Source: Veleropilina oligotropha (lineage: Eukaryota). Taken from it: DNA of 64,000 nt. The notes under the pieces are model-generated. The model was not told the origin of the DNA and searched no databases. It saw nothing but the letters and a program-made list of their open reading frames with translations. Where the stretch lies: the NCBI GenBank assembly GCA_048128005.1, contig JBEUKZ010000022.1, positions 124,001-188,000 of the forward strand, in the 5' to 3' direction. A program made the translations under genes and the position numbers. Below, piece after piece: positions 27,001-36,194 of the stretch (position 1 is the stretch's first letter; every line of letters begins with the position of its first letter).

Positions 27001-28639
27001 TTTTGTTTTAACCAACATATATTAACGCACTGGCATCGATGTTTACGGCCATTCTCCATATCATATTAAGAACATGAAATTTGTGTATCAGTTAAAATGT
27101 CATATATCCCGACGGGACTCGAACCCGCGATCACCTGAATTCCGTCCAGGCGCTCTACCAACTAAGCTACGGGAACCGACGAGAAACATGGCACTGAAAC
27201 TGATACAGGTGATGACCAGTAACGGTCGGCTCTGGCTTGTATGTATTTATTAGACAACTATATGAGAGGCATAACATGGTTTTGTTTTAACCAACATATA
27301 TTAACGCACTGGCATCGATGTTTACGGCCATTCTCCATATCATATTAAGAACATGAAATTTGTGTATCAGTTAAAATGTCATATGTCCCGACGGGACTCG
27401 AACCCGCGATCTCCTGAATTCCGTCCAAGCGCTCTACCGACTAAGCTATGGGAACCGATGAGAAACATGGCACTGAAACTGATACATGTGATGACCAGTA
27501 ACGGTCGGCTCTGGCTTGTATGTATTTATTAGACAATTATATGAGAGGCATAACATGGTTTTGTTTTAACCAACATATATTAACGCACTGGCATCGATGT
27601 TTACGGCCATTCTCCATATCATAATAAGAACATGAAATTTGTGTATCAGTTAAGATGTCATATATCCCGACGGGACTCGAACCCGCGATCTCCTGAATTC
27701 AGTCCAGGCGCTCTACCGACTAAGCTACGGGAACCGACGAGAAACATGGCACTGAAACTGATACAGGTGATGACCAGTAATGGTCAGCTCTGGCTTGTAT
27801 GTATTTATTAGACAATTATATGAGAGGCATAACATGGTTTTGTTTTAACCAACATATATTAACACACTGGCATCGATGTTTACGGCCATTCTCCATATCA
27901 TATTAAGAACATGAAATTTGTGTATCAGTTAAAATGTCATATATCCCAACGGGACTCGAACCCGCGATCTCCTGAATTCCGTCCAGGCGCTCTACCGACT
28001 AAGCTACGGGAACTGACGAGAAACATGGCACTGAAACTGATACAGGTGATGACCAGTAACGGTCGGCTCTGGCTTGTATGTATTTATTAGACAATTATAT
28101 GAGAGGCATAACATGGTTTTGTTTTAACCAACATATATTAACGCACTGGCATCGATGTTTACGGCCATTCTCCATATCATATTAAGAACATGAAATTTGT
28201 GTATCACTTAAAATGTCATATATCCCGACTGGACTCGAACCCGCAATCTCCTGAATTCCGTCCAGGTGCTCTACCGACTAAGCTACGGGAACCGACGAGA
28301 AACATGGCACTGAAACGGATACAGGTGATGGCCTGTAACGGTCGGCTCTGGCTTGTATGTATTTATTAGACAATTATATGAGAGGCATAACATGGTTTTG
28401 TTTTAACCAACATATATTAACGCACTGGCATCGATGTTAACGGCCCTTCTCCAAATCATATTAAGAACATGAAATTTGTGTATCAGTTAAAATGTCATAT
28501 ATCCCGATGGGACTCGAACCCGTGATCTCCTGAATTCTGTCCAGGCGCTCTACCAACTAAGCTACGGGAACCGACGAGAAACATGGCACTGAAACTGATA
28601 CAGGTGATGACCAGTAACGGTCGGCTCTGGCTTGTATGT

Positions 28640-28980
28640 GGGGGGGACTAGGGGGTTTTGAACTCGGTTAGGGGGGGGGGTCCCAGCCCTATTTCAGAAC
28701 TGAGGGGGCTCGTAATCTATACCCCCAGGGTGATTTCAGGGGAAGTTAGGGTGGGGCCCAGGTCCCCGGGGGTGGAGGCTCCCAGCCCTATTTCAGACCC
28801 CAGGGTATGGCTTGTATTACTAAAGTCACCGTGTGTACAGAGCAGGGGGGTGAATAGACTTTTTAGAATGGGCAAATAAGTCTCCTAGCACCTGTTCAGA
28901 ATATGGGGGGGACTAGGGGGTTTAGACTAGGGTCCCACGGCCGCCGGGAAGGCTCCCGGTCCTATTTCCGAACTGAGGGA
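28640..28980 (+). repeat. Left terminal repeat and G-rich subterminal repeats
   Basis: GGGGGGGACTAGGGGGTTTT at 28640 and again at about 28905. cccagccctatttcaga or a variant at about 28682, 28781 and 28955. Confidence 0.8.
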
Positions 28981-29274
28981 CGGCGAGTTTTACACACTCC
29001 CTTCTTACCGCCTTTGGTCTTCTTCTTAAAGACCGCCTGTTCACCATCGTCGAGGTCAACAATCAAAACGTCGTAGCCCGATTTCAAGAGGGTCCTGATG
29101 CGTTGGGAACTTTTCGCGCCGCGCAACCTGGGAACGGCTTTCTGCGGCATGTTGCTTTCAAGTATAACTACAGCGTCTAACACGACCAGCTATTTCGCGC
29201 CGATATAGTAGCATGTAGTAAGAGCCCGTAGGGACGGCCCACAACCCTCGCCGTGCACCGGGCTCGATATCTTC

Positions 29275-29619
29275 ATGTCATACTCTCTATTGGAGACTGG
29301 TATATACGATGATATACGCTTATACGCCATGTGGGGAACGAATCTATGCCCTTGGTTGCCAGTTAATACCGTTGAGGTTTGTGGTCGTACCTGCGTCAAC
29401 GAATTTTGCAAGACACATAGACAGAAAATTCGGATGGGAAGAACATCACCCCTGCCATGTAGGGTATTTGGTGTCGGTACGAAATCGGCCGTTCTGTTGT
29501 GTATACCATGTGGAGGTCATCGCGGCGCCCAGGCTCTCATAAACACTGAAAAAAGAGCCCGCCGTCTCTACGGCAAAGTATTGTGTGAGTTGCGGTCGCG
29601 CGAAAAAGTTTCCATTTAG
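29275..29619 (+). CDS. Small Cys/His-rich, putative zinc-binding protein
   Basis: CPW-x8-CGRTCVNEFCKTH followed by a second cluster CRV...LCIPCGGH; ATG start, tightly packed with the next ORF. Confidence 0.6.
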   Translation: MSYSLLETGIYDDIRLYAMWGTNLCPWLPVNTVEVCGRTCVNEFCKTHRQKIRMGRTSPLPCRVFGVGTKSAVLLCIPCGGHRGAQALINTEKRARRLYGKVLCELRSREKVSI

Positions 29620-29646
29620 AGCCTGGTATCTCCATATCATGTCACG

Positions 29647-30090
29647 ATGGTACGTGCCTCCCTCAGAGAACTACGCAATTTAGCAATAGATTACGGGCTT
29701 CCCGATCGGTCGAAGCTCAAGAAACGCGACCTCATCAGGGCAATCGCCGGGGTCCGTGCTGCTGAGTTTTGGAGGAGACTCGAGCGGGCAATGAAAACGG
29801 GAAGATTCCCCTCCATCCGTGGAGATGTGGAGAACCCCCACAAAAGAGGCCGTCGTGCTCGCGAATTGCGGCAGCTTAAGGACGAGGTCGAGGTGGCCCT
29901 CAGGGTCCGTAAATACGAAACCCAGGCTGAGAAGACGCCCTTGCTACGACAGAGGCCACTTCGTCGTATCACTGATCGAATCATCAAGCCACACCTGCAC
30001 GGTCTGACTAGGTCTCGGAAAGAGACCCTTGCGGGGGCTATTGCTCGGAAGGGGGGTCCCCCCGGGGGGATGTTCCGAGAGATCACCTAG
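29647..30090 (+). CDS. Basic protein with an N-terminal Rho_N/HeH-like nucleic-acid-binding motif; may be the frameshifted 5' part of the polymerase-helicase gene
   Basis: SLRELRNLAIDYGLPDRSKLKKRDLIRAI fits the helix-extension-helix pattern; very Arg/Lys-rich. Confidence 0.6.
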   Translation: MVRASLRELRNLAIDYGLPDRSKLKKRDLIRAIAGVRAAEFWRRLERAMKTGRFPSIRGDVENPHKRGRRARELRQLKDEVEVALRVRKYETQAEKTPLLRQRPLRRITDRIIKPHLHGLTRSRKETLAGAIARKGGPPGGMFREIT

Positions 30091-30116
30091 CCTCGGATGG
30101 ATATTATTCCCTCCTC

Positions 30117-33100
30117 GTGGACGGTATCGCAGTCCTGTACCCCGATGGGGCCTATATTAAGACGGGCGCCGACGTCGTCCGTAAAGAGATTACCGAGGCT
30201 GTTGATGGTCGTAGATTCGACTTCCAGGCTGTTGTACGGGGGCCAGACATCACAGACGAAGGCGCGGTGTATTGGGTATCATGTGAAAAGAGGGATCTTC
30301 GGGTGACGCTGGGCATGGCCTCGGAGGTGTTGGAACTTCTAGACCCCGACACACAGTACAAGCTGTTCACGGTAGTAGGAAAATCGGCCAAGGAGCCTCT
30401 TGCCCAAGTGACAGAGGAAGTGGGTGTCTCTGAGCAGCGCATTAAGGGGCAGGGGGTGGTTCGCGGAGACCAGGTCAGCGCCGGGGCTCTTCACGGCATC
30501 GACCAGGCGGCGTGGGAGAAGGGGCGAGAATACCTCGTCTATATTAGGTACGAGCTTCGTCCGCTTCCGGAGCAGCAAGGAGAACCGGGGCCAATGCTAG
30601 CCCCCACTCAACAAGACGGAGAGTTTGTCAACTGCTTCGTTCGCTGTGTGGTGGACCACTTCCGGAACGGAATGACGAAAGCCGGGGATGGGTTAACACG
30701 GAGCCGCAGACAGGTTCTTGAGCTGTTCGACCGGAAGCTTGCAGACCGGGGCTGCACACGTGAGGATATGTTCTCCCTTGAAGCGGCTCTCAAAGTCAAG
30801 CTTGTTGCCATCGACGCATTAGGCAACACTCTATGGGACAGCGGTAAATACAAGGGCCAGTCCACGATTCAGGTGCCGTGTCATAACAACCACGCATGGG
30901 CAAGCCTCCCAACCGATCCGCCCAAGATCTTACAGGTTTACAGTCTCGACGATGTTGCAGTACAGGCCCTTGCATCTGCGGCCCAGAAGACAATTGCGGC
31001 CCCAAAGACCACTGCGGCCCAGAAGACCTTGGACCAAATTACCAGAGAGGTTCTGATCGCATTTGACTCCAGGGCCATCCCATCGACGGTCCGGGTCTGG
31101 GTATGTGGACAGGCTCTCGTGGGTAGTGATGGTTCCCTGTGGAGGTCGAGGGCTGAGGGTATGGCTATTGACCACGCTTTCGAGGACGAGACGAACTGGC
31201 ATCCTTCCGAGATCCCCGAAGAACTTAAGACGCTTGAAGATGAATACCACCGAGCGACCCACTCCATGGGTGGCGCCACGTCTTACCGGTTCCAGAAGTG
31301 GTTGGCCCGCGAGGAGATCAAGCCAACGCCAGAAAGCCACCTGGACACCTGGAGAGCGGCTCAGGTTGAGGCCAAGGTCTGGAATTCTGACGACGAGGCC
31401 GCGGGCACCCGTGTTCATTATCATCTCGACATGCGCGCAGCATACCTTGGCTGTGAAGACTCCCTCTGTGGCGGGGTCGGAGAATCCATAGATCTGGTGC
31501 GCCAGTATGGTTTCCCGACAAGTATGATGCGTCGAGCGAACGTCGAGGGTGTGCCCATAAGAGATATCCTCACCCTGACAGGAGCGGTGCAGCTCGCTGC
31601 GTGGCAATTCAGCCCAGAGACGCACCCCTATACCGTAGGTCGCGTAGGCGAGCACCTACGGGAGAAGCAGGGCTGGATCACTACCCCCGAGCTTGCAGAC
31701 TTGATTGACTCTGGTGATCTGGTGGAGGTCACAGTGCGCGAGGTGGTATACAGCGTCGGCACGAAGGCCGCTATCAAATTCCCATTACGAGACCTGGCCG
31801 TGCGCTTCGTTGGCAAGTGTGCTCGCCACGGTGATGAGTCGAGCATCCTAGTCCGCGATCCAAACGAGGCCGCCTACTTGGCCAATGTTCTCGGCGGCAC
31901 TGACCGTCTCCTGAACTTCGAGAAGGCCGGCAATGTCCACCTCATTCAGTACAAGGACGGAAGACGGTGGACGCAGTGGTTCCACATCCGAGCCTTCGTA
32001 CTTGCATACACGAACATCGCCCTCCGCCGCATGCTACGAAGGTTCCCACGAGAGGATGTCCTTCGTGTCTGCACCGACGCCATATACGTCAAGAGCCTGC
32101 CCGAATCAGTCGAACGTATGCTGGTCCCAGACCAGCCTAGGTATGGGCAGTGGCGACACAAATCCCCGGGTTACGAGTGGCGCCCAGAGGCTGCTGCTTG
32201 GATGATAGAGCATGCTGGTCGTCTCGACTTGCCCCCCGGGAAGGCCAGCCCGTTCCGTTCTGATATCAGCGCGGCCACCTCGCGACGTTTATACCTCGCA
32301 GGTCAAGGCGGGAGTGGAAAAACCGAGTGGGCCGTTCAGACGTTTCGTGGTCGGAAGCTGGTCGTGCTCACCCCTGAAAACGACATCGCCCAGGAACACC
32401 GCAACAACCCGAGACTTGGTCTCGAGAATTTACAGGTCCAGACGCTCCACCACTACCTATGTCTACCCGTCGGCAAGCCGATCGAGGATTGGGACCCGGC
32501 TGCCCTGGGACACAGACTCGACAATCTAGCCGAGGTTGTCGTCATCGACGAGTGCTGCAAGATTCCCACGAAGACCCTGATGACCGTCCTCGATTATCTC
32601 GCCCGCCGGACGTGTCAAATGATCTGCGTCAGGGATATGGGGCAGATCCCGCCATGGGGCGATAAAGAAGGCCCTCACCACTTGTTAGCAGACTGGGCCT
32701 CGTCCCAGAACCTGCGGTGGTTTGACACTGACTATAGGTGCCTGTGCGAGGCGTGTGGCGAGCCGTGGTCCTGCTGTCGCTGTCAGAATGGGCCAACGTC
32801 GGCTTTGCACGATGTCAAGGCGCGAATGTGGTGTGCTAACGACCAGCAACAGCTCCATGTCTTCAGAGATAAGTTGGCCGCAACGCCGTTCGTAGAAGCT
32901 GTAGAGCGCACCAAGCCCGATGACATCTGGATCTGCTCCACGAACGCTCTAGGAGCGCAGGTCCAGACCCAGCTGCTCCGGCAGCACAGAAGGATACACC
33001 CCCGGCTTCCTGCTAATATTCGATTCAACCCAGACGATAGCATCTCGTACGGGTACCGCAAGCAGGGTCGGCCCATACAGATACCAGGTAGTCGAGAAAT

Positions 33101-33695
33101 CGTGCCGGCCTATCGAGGGACCATCGTCAAAGTCCCCCTTGGACTAGTCGAGAAAGGGCTACCGCTTGAGTGGAAATATGCGGGGTGGGGGACGGTGCAT
33201 AGGGTGCAAGGGAAGACCATCCAACCGCCCAGGCGCCTATACATCGTCGACCACGGTCTGAGTGGTTGGGTGAGCAACGCCGTATACACCGCAGTAAGCC
33301 GGGCCCGGTTGATGGATCAGATTGTATGGGTTCTGCCGCCTGACGACGCTCCGGGTGATATAACTCCCACCGATCAGCCGGCCACACCTTCGCGAGAGCT
33401 CATCGCCGCAAGGCTCAAGCATTACGTGCTCAAGCGTTACGTGGTTGAGGATCACCAAAAGCAACGGCCCCACTACACGGGAGCACACCATACGCTCACC
33501 GTCAATCACGTGCTCGACATGATCGACGCCGCAGAAAAGAAGTGTGTGGTCTGCCATAGTGCTCTCCTTCTCCAGGGCTACACCAAATGCCACGGGCAGA
33601 CGTTCAGCATCGACCGCCTGGATGACAGTCAGGGTCACTACAGGTGGAACGTCCGGTTGACATGCCTGTCCTGTAATGGTCGACACAAGCACTAG
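30117..33695 (+). CDS. Degenerate protein-primed family B polymerase fused to an SF1 (Pif1/RecD-like) helicase and a C-terminal HNH/zinc domain
   Basis: PolB-like YHLDMRAAY, GWITTPEL, FVGK, HIRAFVLAY and RVCTDAIY. Helicase GQGGSGKT, TLHHYL, VVIDEC, DMGQIPP, TVHRVQGKT and VYTAVSRAR. C-terminal CVVC...SIDRLDDSQGH...NVRLTCLSCN. The start is uncertain (GTG; frame is open from 30012). Confidence 0.85.
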   Translation: MDGIAVLYPDGAYIKTGADVVRKEITEAVDGRRFDFQAVVRGPDITDEGAVYWVSCEKRDLRVTLGMASEVLELLDPDTQYKLFTVVGKSAKEPLAQVTEEVGVSEQRIKGQGVVRGDQVSAGALHGIDQAAWEKGREYLVYIRYELRPLPEQQGEPGPMLAPTQQDGEFVNCFVRCVVDHFRNGMTKAGDGLTRSRRQVLELFDRKLADRGCTREDMFSLEAALKVKLVAIDALGNTLWDSGKYKGQSTIQVPCHNNHAWASLPTDPPKILQVYSLDDVAVQALASAAQKTIAAPKTTAAQKTLDQITREVLIAFDSRAIPSTVRVWVCGQALVGSDGSLWRSRAEGMAIDHAFEDETNWHPSEIPEELKTLEDEYHRATHSMGGATSYRFQKWLAREEIKPTPESHLDTWRAAQVEAKVWNSDDEAAGTRVHYHLDMRAAYLGCEDSLCGGVGESIDLVRQYGFPTSMMRRANVEGVPIRDILTLTGAVQLAAWQFSPETHPYTVGRVGEHLREKQGWITTPELADLIDSGDLVEVTVREVVYSVGTKAAIKFPLRDLAVRFVGKCARHGDESSILVRDPNEAAYLANVLGGTDRLLNFEKAGNVHLIQYKDGRRWTQWFHIRAFVLAYTNIALRRMLRRFPREDVLRVCTDAIYVKSLPESVERMLVPDQPRYGQWRHKSPGYEWRPEAAAWMIEHAGRLDLPPGKASPFRSDISAATSRRLYLAGQGGSGKTEWAVQTFRGRKLVVLTPENDIAQEHRNNPRLGLENLQVQTLHHYLCLPVGKPIEDWDPAALGHRLDNLAEVVVIDECCKIPTKTLMTVLDYLARRTCQMICVRDMGQIPPWGDKEGPHHLLADWASSQNLRWFDTDYRCLCEACGEPWSCCRCQNGPTSALHDVKARMWCANDQQQLHVFRDKLAATPFVEAVERTKPDDIWICSTNALGAQVQTQLLRQHRRIHPRLPANIRFNPDDSISYGYRKQGRPIQIPGSREIVPAYRGTIVKVPLGLVEKGLPLEWKYAGWGTVHRVQGKTIQPPRRLYIVDHGLSGWVSNAVYTAVSRARLMDQIVWVLPPDDAPGDITPTDQPATPSRELIAARLKHYVLKRYVVEDHQKQRPHYTGAHHTLTVNHVLDMIDAAEKKCVVCHSALLLQGYTKCHGQTFSIDRLDDSQGHYRWNVRLTCLSCNGRHKH

Positions 33696-33702
33696 GCAGG
33701 TC

Positions 33703-34647
33703 TCAGCTGCGACCGTGTAAACCCATGTTTTGAGAATGGCGTGTAGTAGAGCGTGGGTTGGTGGGGTTCCGATACGCGACGGCGAATCGGGTAGGGCTTA
33801 TGTGTCCACCATGGGATCCGTTGCACGACGGCGCCCGGTATCTTTCGGGTCTTCTTCGTTTGTGGTGAGGTAAACCATCATGCCGATTGGTAACAGCGTT
33901 TCCTGTGGGGTGGGGGGGCGGTTTGGACGCCACTAGCGGAACCTGCGACATGTTGGCTGCCTTCGCTGGAGGAAGACCGGTTAGTCGTGTTGGCGTCGCA
34001 TTCATATCTGCTACTACAGCTGGAAGAACGGACACCCACTGGCGGTTGTCCCGGCCGCTGTTGAGCTCTTCATGCGCTTGCTTCCTGAAGAGTCGTTCAG
34101 CCAGCCGGCGGTTGAATGACTCAACAAATGCCTGCGATCGGTGATGACCCAGCTCTGCGCGTCGTATATCAACTCCGTGCTTCCCTAGAAGAGTGGATAC
34201 TTCCCCCTTGAATTCGTGCCCGTCATCCACCATTAGCGTTTTTGGCCAGGATAAGCAGGACGGGTTGGTCTTGTAGATGTCAGCAAGCGCCTTAGCTACC
34301 TCGCTGGCCGATTTCGATGTTAGTGGTCTGGCCGCCTTTTAGCGAGAGGCCACGTCGACCAAGGTCAACGCATACTTGTACGTTTTACGGCCGACCTTGT
34401 CATGTGGGAGGTAGAGAAGATCGGCCTGGTGGATCACACCGGGCCTGTCCTCTGTGAAACGGGCAAATACCTCTCTAGGGGGTTTCGTCTGCATGTACCG
34501 ACCAACCTCCTGTGTCGAGAGCCACGCCCGGATTCTTTTTATTGAGGCTGCGCCTTTTGGAAGCCTTGAGTGCAGAGCTGAGACGCCCTGGAACCCCCCA
34601 TCTGCGTAGTAGTACTTGCGGAGGGTTTCGTCGAGTTCTTTAGCCAT
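33703..34647 (-). pseudogene. Retroviral-type (RVE, DDE) integrase, disrupted
   Basis: HQADLL, YALTLVDVASR*KAARPL, MVDDGHEFKG and QAFVESFNRRL in one frame with TAA at 34339-34341. An RRRATDP motif at about 33813-33836 lies in another frame, implying a C-terminal frameshift. Confidence 0.9.
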
Positions 34648-34933
34648 CAAGGGCTTCTGTCTCTTCGCTGACATCGAGACCAGCAATGTATTCCAGCAAC
34701 GTGATCAGTCTCCAATAGGCTTCAGCGGCCGGCTCCGGAAGCTGCCCAGTCGTCGCCCGTAGGTTGGTCGGGCCCGAGAGCACCATGACCGCGAACCACA
34801 CCATAGTCTTTTCGTTGCGCCGCCAGTAGTCGAGTGACGTAGTACCAAGGGGTGGGCCGGGGATTTTGTGCCGCTCGAAGGCATAGCCCACCTCTTGCAT
34901 AGCGGAGTACAGCTCTTCTGGGGAGGCCCCCAT
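34640..34933 (-). CDS. Hypothetical 97-aa protein
   Basis: ATG ORF whose stop overlaps the likely integrase ATG; part of a co-oriented gene run. Confidence 0.5.
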   Translation of the reverse strand: MGASPEELYSAMQEVGYAFERHKIPGPPLGTTSLDYWRRNEKTMVWFAVMVLSGPTNLRATTGQLPEPAAEAYWRLITLLEYIAGLDVSEETEALDG

Positions 34934-34973
34934 TAGTATACATGTCCACGAAAAAAATGTCCACTGGAAATAA

Positions 34974-35408
34974 TTAGGGTAGAAGCTTGTAGGCTACCAA
35001 CCCGGTCGCAGCCATCCCAAGGATGACGAAAGTGATCTCACGTCCCTTCTGGTCATCGCTCGGCATGTAGTAGTCGGACAGGGCGGGCTCAGGGCCACCA
35101 CCTAGGGCGGCGGGGTCAAGGTTCTTGCCAGTGATTAAGGCATACTCACGGATCGCGGCGTCAACATCCCGGAATGTGCCAACAGCGTGACCCTGGCGGC
35201 GAAGTTCAACGTTAAGCCAATCGAGACACTCTGCCCGCTGGTGGGACCATTTAGTCTGAGCGGCCTGGAGCTGCTCTACGGCTTTGTCGTGACGTTTACA
35301 CTCCTCATCAACACCGGAGCTGCGTAGCTTCGAGAACAGGAAGTTCGACCCGCTGAAGGCGAGGGTGTTAACGAGAGCGCCCCCAACCAGCATCGCTATG
35401 GAGGCCAT
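34974..35408 (-). CDS. Small protein with hydrophobic ends and a central coiled coil
   Basis: MASIAMLVGGALVNTLAFSGSNFLF...KRHDKAVEQLQAAQ...ITFVILGMAATGLVAY; tight gene packing. Confidence 0.75.
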   Translation of the reverse strand: MASIAMLVGGALVNTLAFSGSNFLFSKLRSSGVDEECKRHDKAVEQLQAAQTKWSHQRAECLDWLNVELRRQGHAVGTFRDVDAAIREYALITGKNLDPAALGGGPEPALSDYYMPSDDQKGREITFVILGMAATGLVAYKLLP

Positions 35409-35429
35409 TGTAATGCAGGTACTTCGTCG

Positions 35430-35669
35430 CTACTTCAATATGTCGGCGGGGATGATGCCCTGCTTGATCAGCATATCTTTCGTCGCCATGGCGAGCGCTA
35501 CGTCGAGGACGACCATCCCCACGTCGTAACCCATGAAGTCCAGCTTGGGGCTCGCCCCCTTGAAGGCCATCTTTATCAGGCGTGCGTAGCCTATGGCGAG
35601 GCCGGACACGATAGCCGAGTGATAGATGGCGTTGCCGAGCATCTTTCCGTCAGTAATCGGGGTAGTCAT
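35430..35669 (-). CDS. 79-aa two-helix hydrophobic protein
   Basis: ATG ORF filling the gap between neighbours (21 and 12 bp spacers) with two hydrophobic segments. Confidence 0.7.
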   Translation of the reverse strand: MTTPITDGKMLGNAIYHSAIVSGLAIGYARLIKMAFKGASPKLDFMGYDVGMVVLDVALAMATKDMLIKQGIIPADILK

Positions 35670-35681
35670 GTTGTACTGAGA

Positions 35682-36194
35682 CTATCGCATATGGAACGGG
35701 TTGTGCTCATTCTTCAATTCGGTGGTGGCCCTCGATGGGGTGGGCTGCCTCGCCTGTGCTGGTGGCTGTTGATGTGGTGTGGATGGACCACTGCTGCGTT
35801 TCCAGACAACAAATAGCAACGCAACCGTACCGGCAGCAACGGCTACCTGGGTCCAATTAAATGGGTCCGATTTCCGTGTAGCTGACTGTACGGCGCGAAT
35901 GTCCTTTTCGACCGTGGTCACCTTGGCCGCGGGGGCACCACTGTGTTTTTGGTTGGGCTGTGCCTCCGGTAGGTCTGAAGGAACTTCGCTGACGGATACT
36001 TGTCGAGCGTCTTCTTTGAGTCTTCTAACATCAGCAAGGAGCCTCTCCTGCTTGACTTTCCGAGCAGCAGCCCCGGCCCGACCCACAGCCATCTTCTTAT
36101 GGTCCTTTTTACTCACTGATGAGTCTGTCGAAGAAGTCACCCTCTCTATCGGCGGGCTCGGTGCCGAAATTTGGTCCACTTCCAGCGTTGTCAT
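35682..36194 (-). CDS. Low-complexity basic protein with a single transmembrane-like segment
   Basis: KKDHKKMAVGRAGAAARKVKQE motif and VAVAAGTVALLFVVW. Start placed at MTTLEV; could be 36242. Confidence 0.6.
   Translation of the reverse strand: MTTLEVDQISAPSPPIERVTSSTDSSVSKKDHKKMAVGRAGAAARKVKQERLLADVRRLKEDARQVSVSEVPSDLPEAQPNQKHSGAPAAKVTTVEKDIRAVQSATRKSDPFNWTQVAVAAGTVALLFVVWKRSSGPSTPHQQPPAQARQPTPSRATTELKNEHNPFHMR

Larger units (their letters stand above)
8590..28639 (-). repeat. 279-bp tandem satellite with a tRNA-derived core, left block (about 72 units)
   Basis: Unit tatttattagacaattatatgagaggc...tcccgacgggactcgaacccgcg...ggctctggcttgtatg recurs every 279 bp (for example ORF starts 21217 and 22054 are 3x279 apart). 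Confidence 0.98.

Noticed and set aside
28962..29183. 73-aa minus-strand ORF near the left end
   Set aside because: Non-ATG start, overlaps subterminal repeats and has no motif; it cannot be supported, though a small basic gene is not excluded.
30152..33692. Antisense and alternative-frame ORFs inside the large gene (and similar ones over the MCP and 440-aa genes)
   Set aside because: Shadow ORFs expected in GC-rich coding DNA; no motifs.
30117..33695. Helitron RepHel
   Set aside because: A Pif1-like helicase is present, but there are no HUH Rep motifs; it is preceded by PolB-like motifs and linked to integrase, ATPase and capsid-like genes.
33703..34647. LTR retrotransposon integrase
   Set aside because: No RT, RNase H, gag or LTRs; it is a standalone gene in a DNA-virus context.
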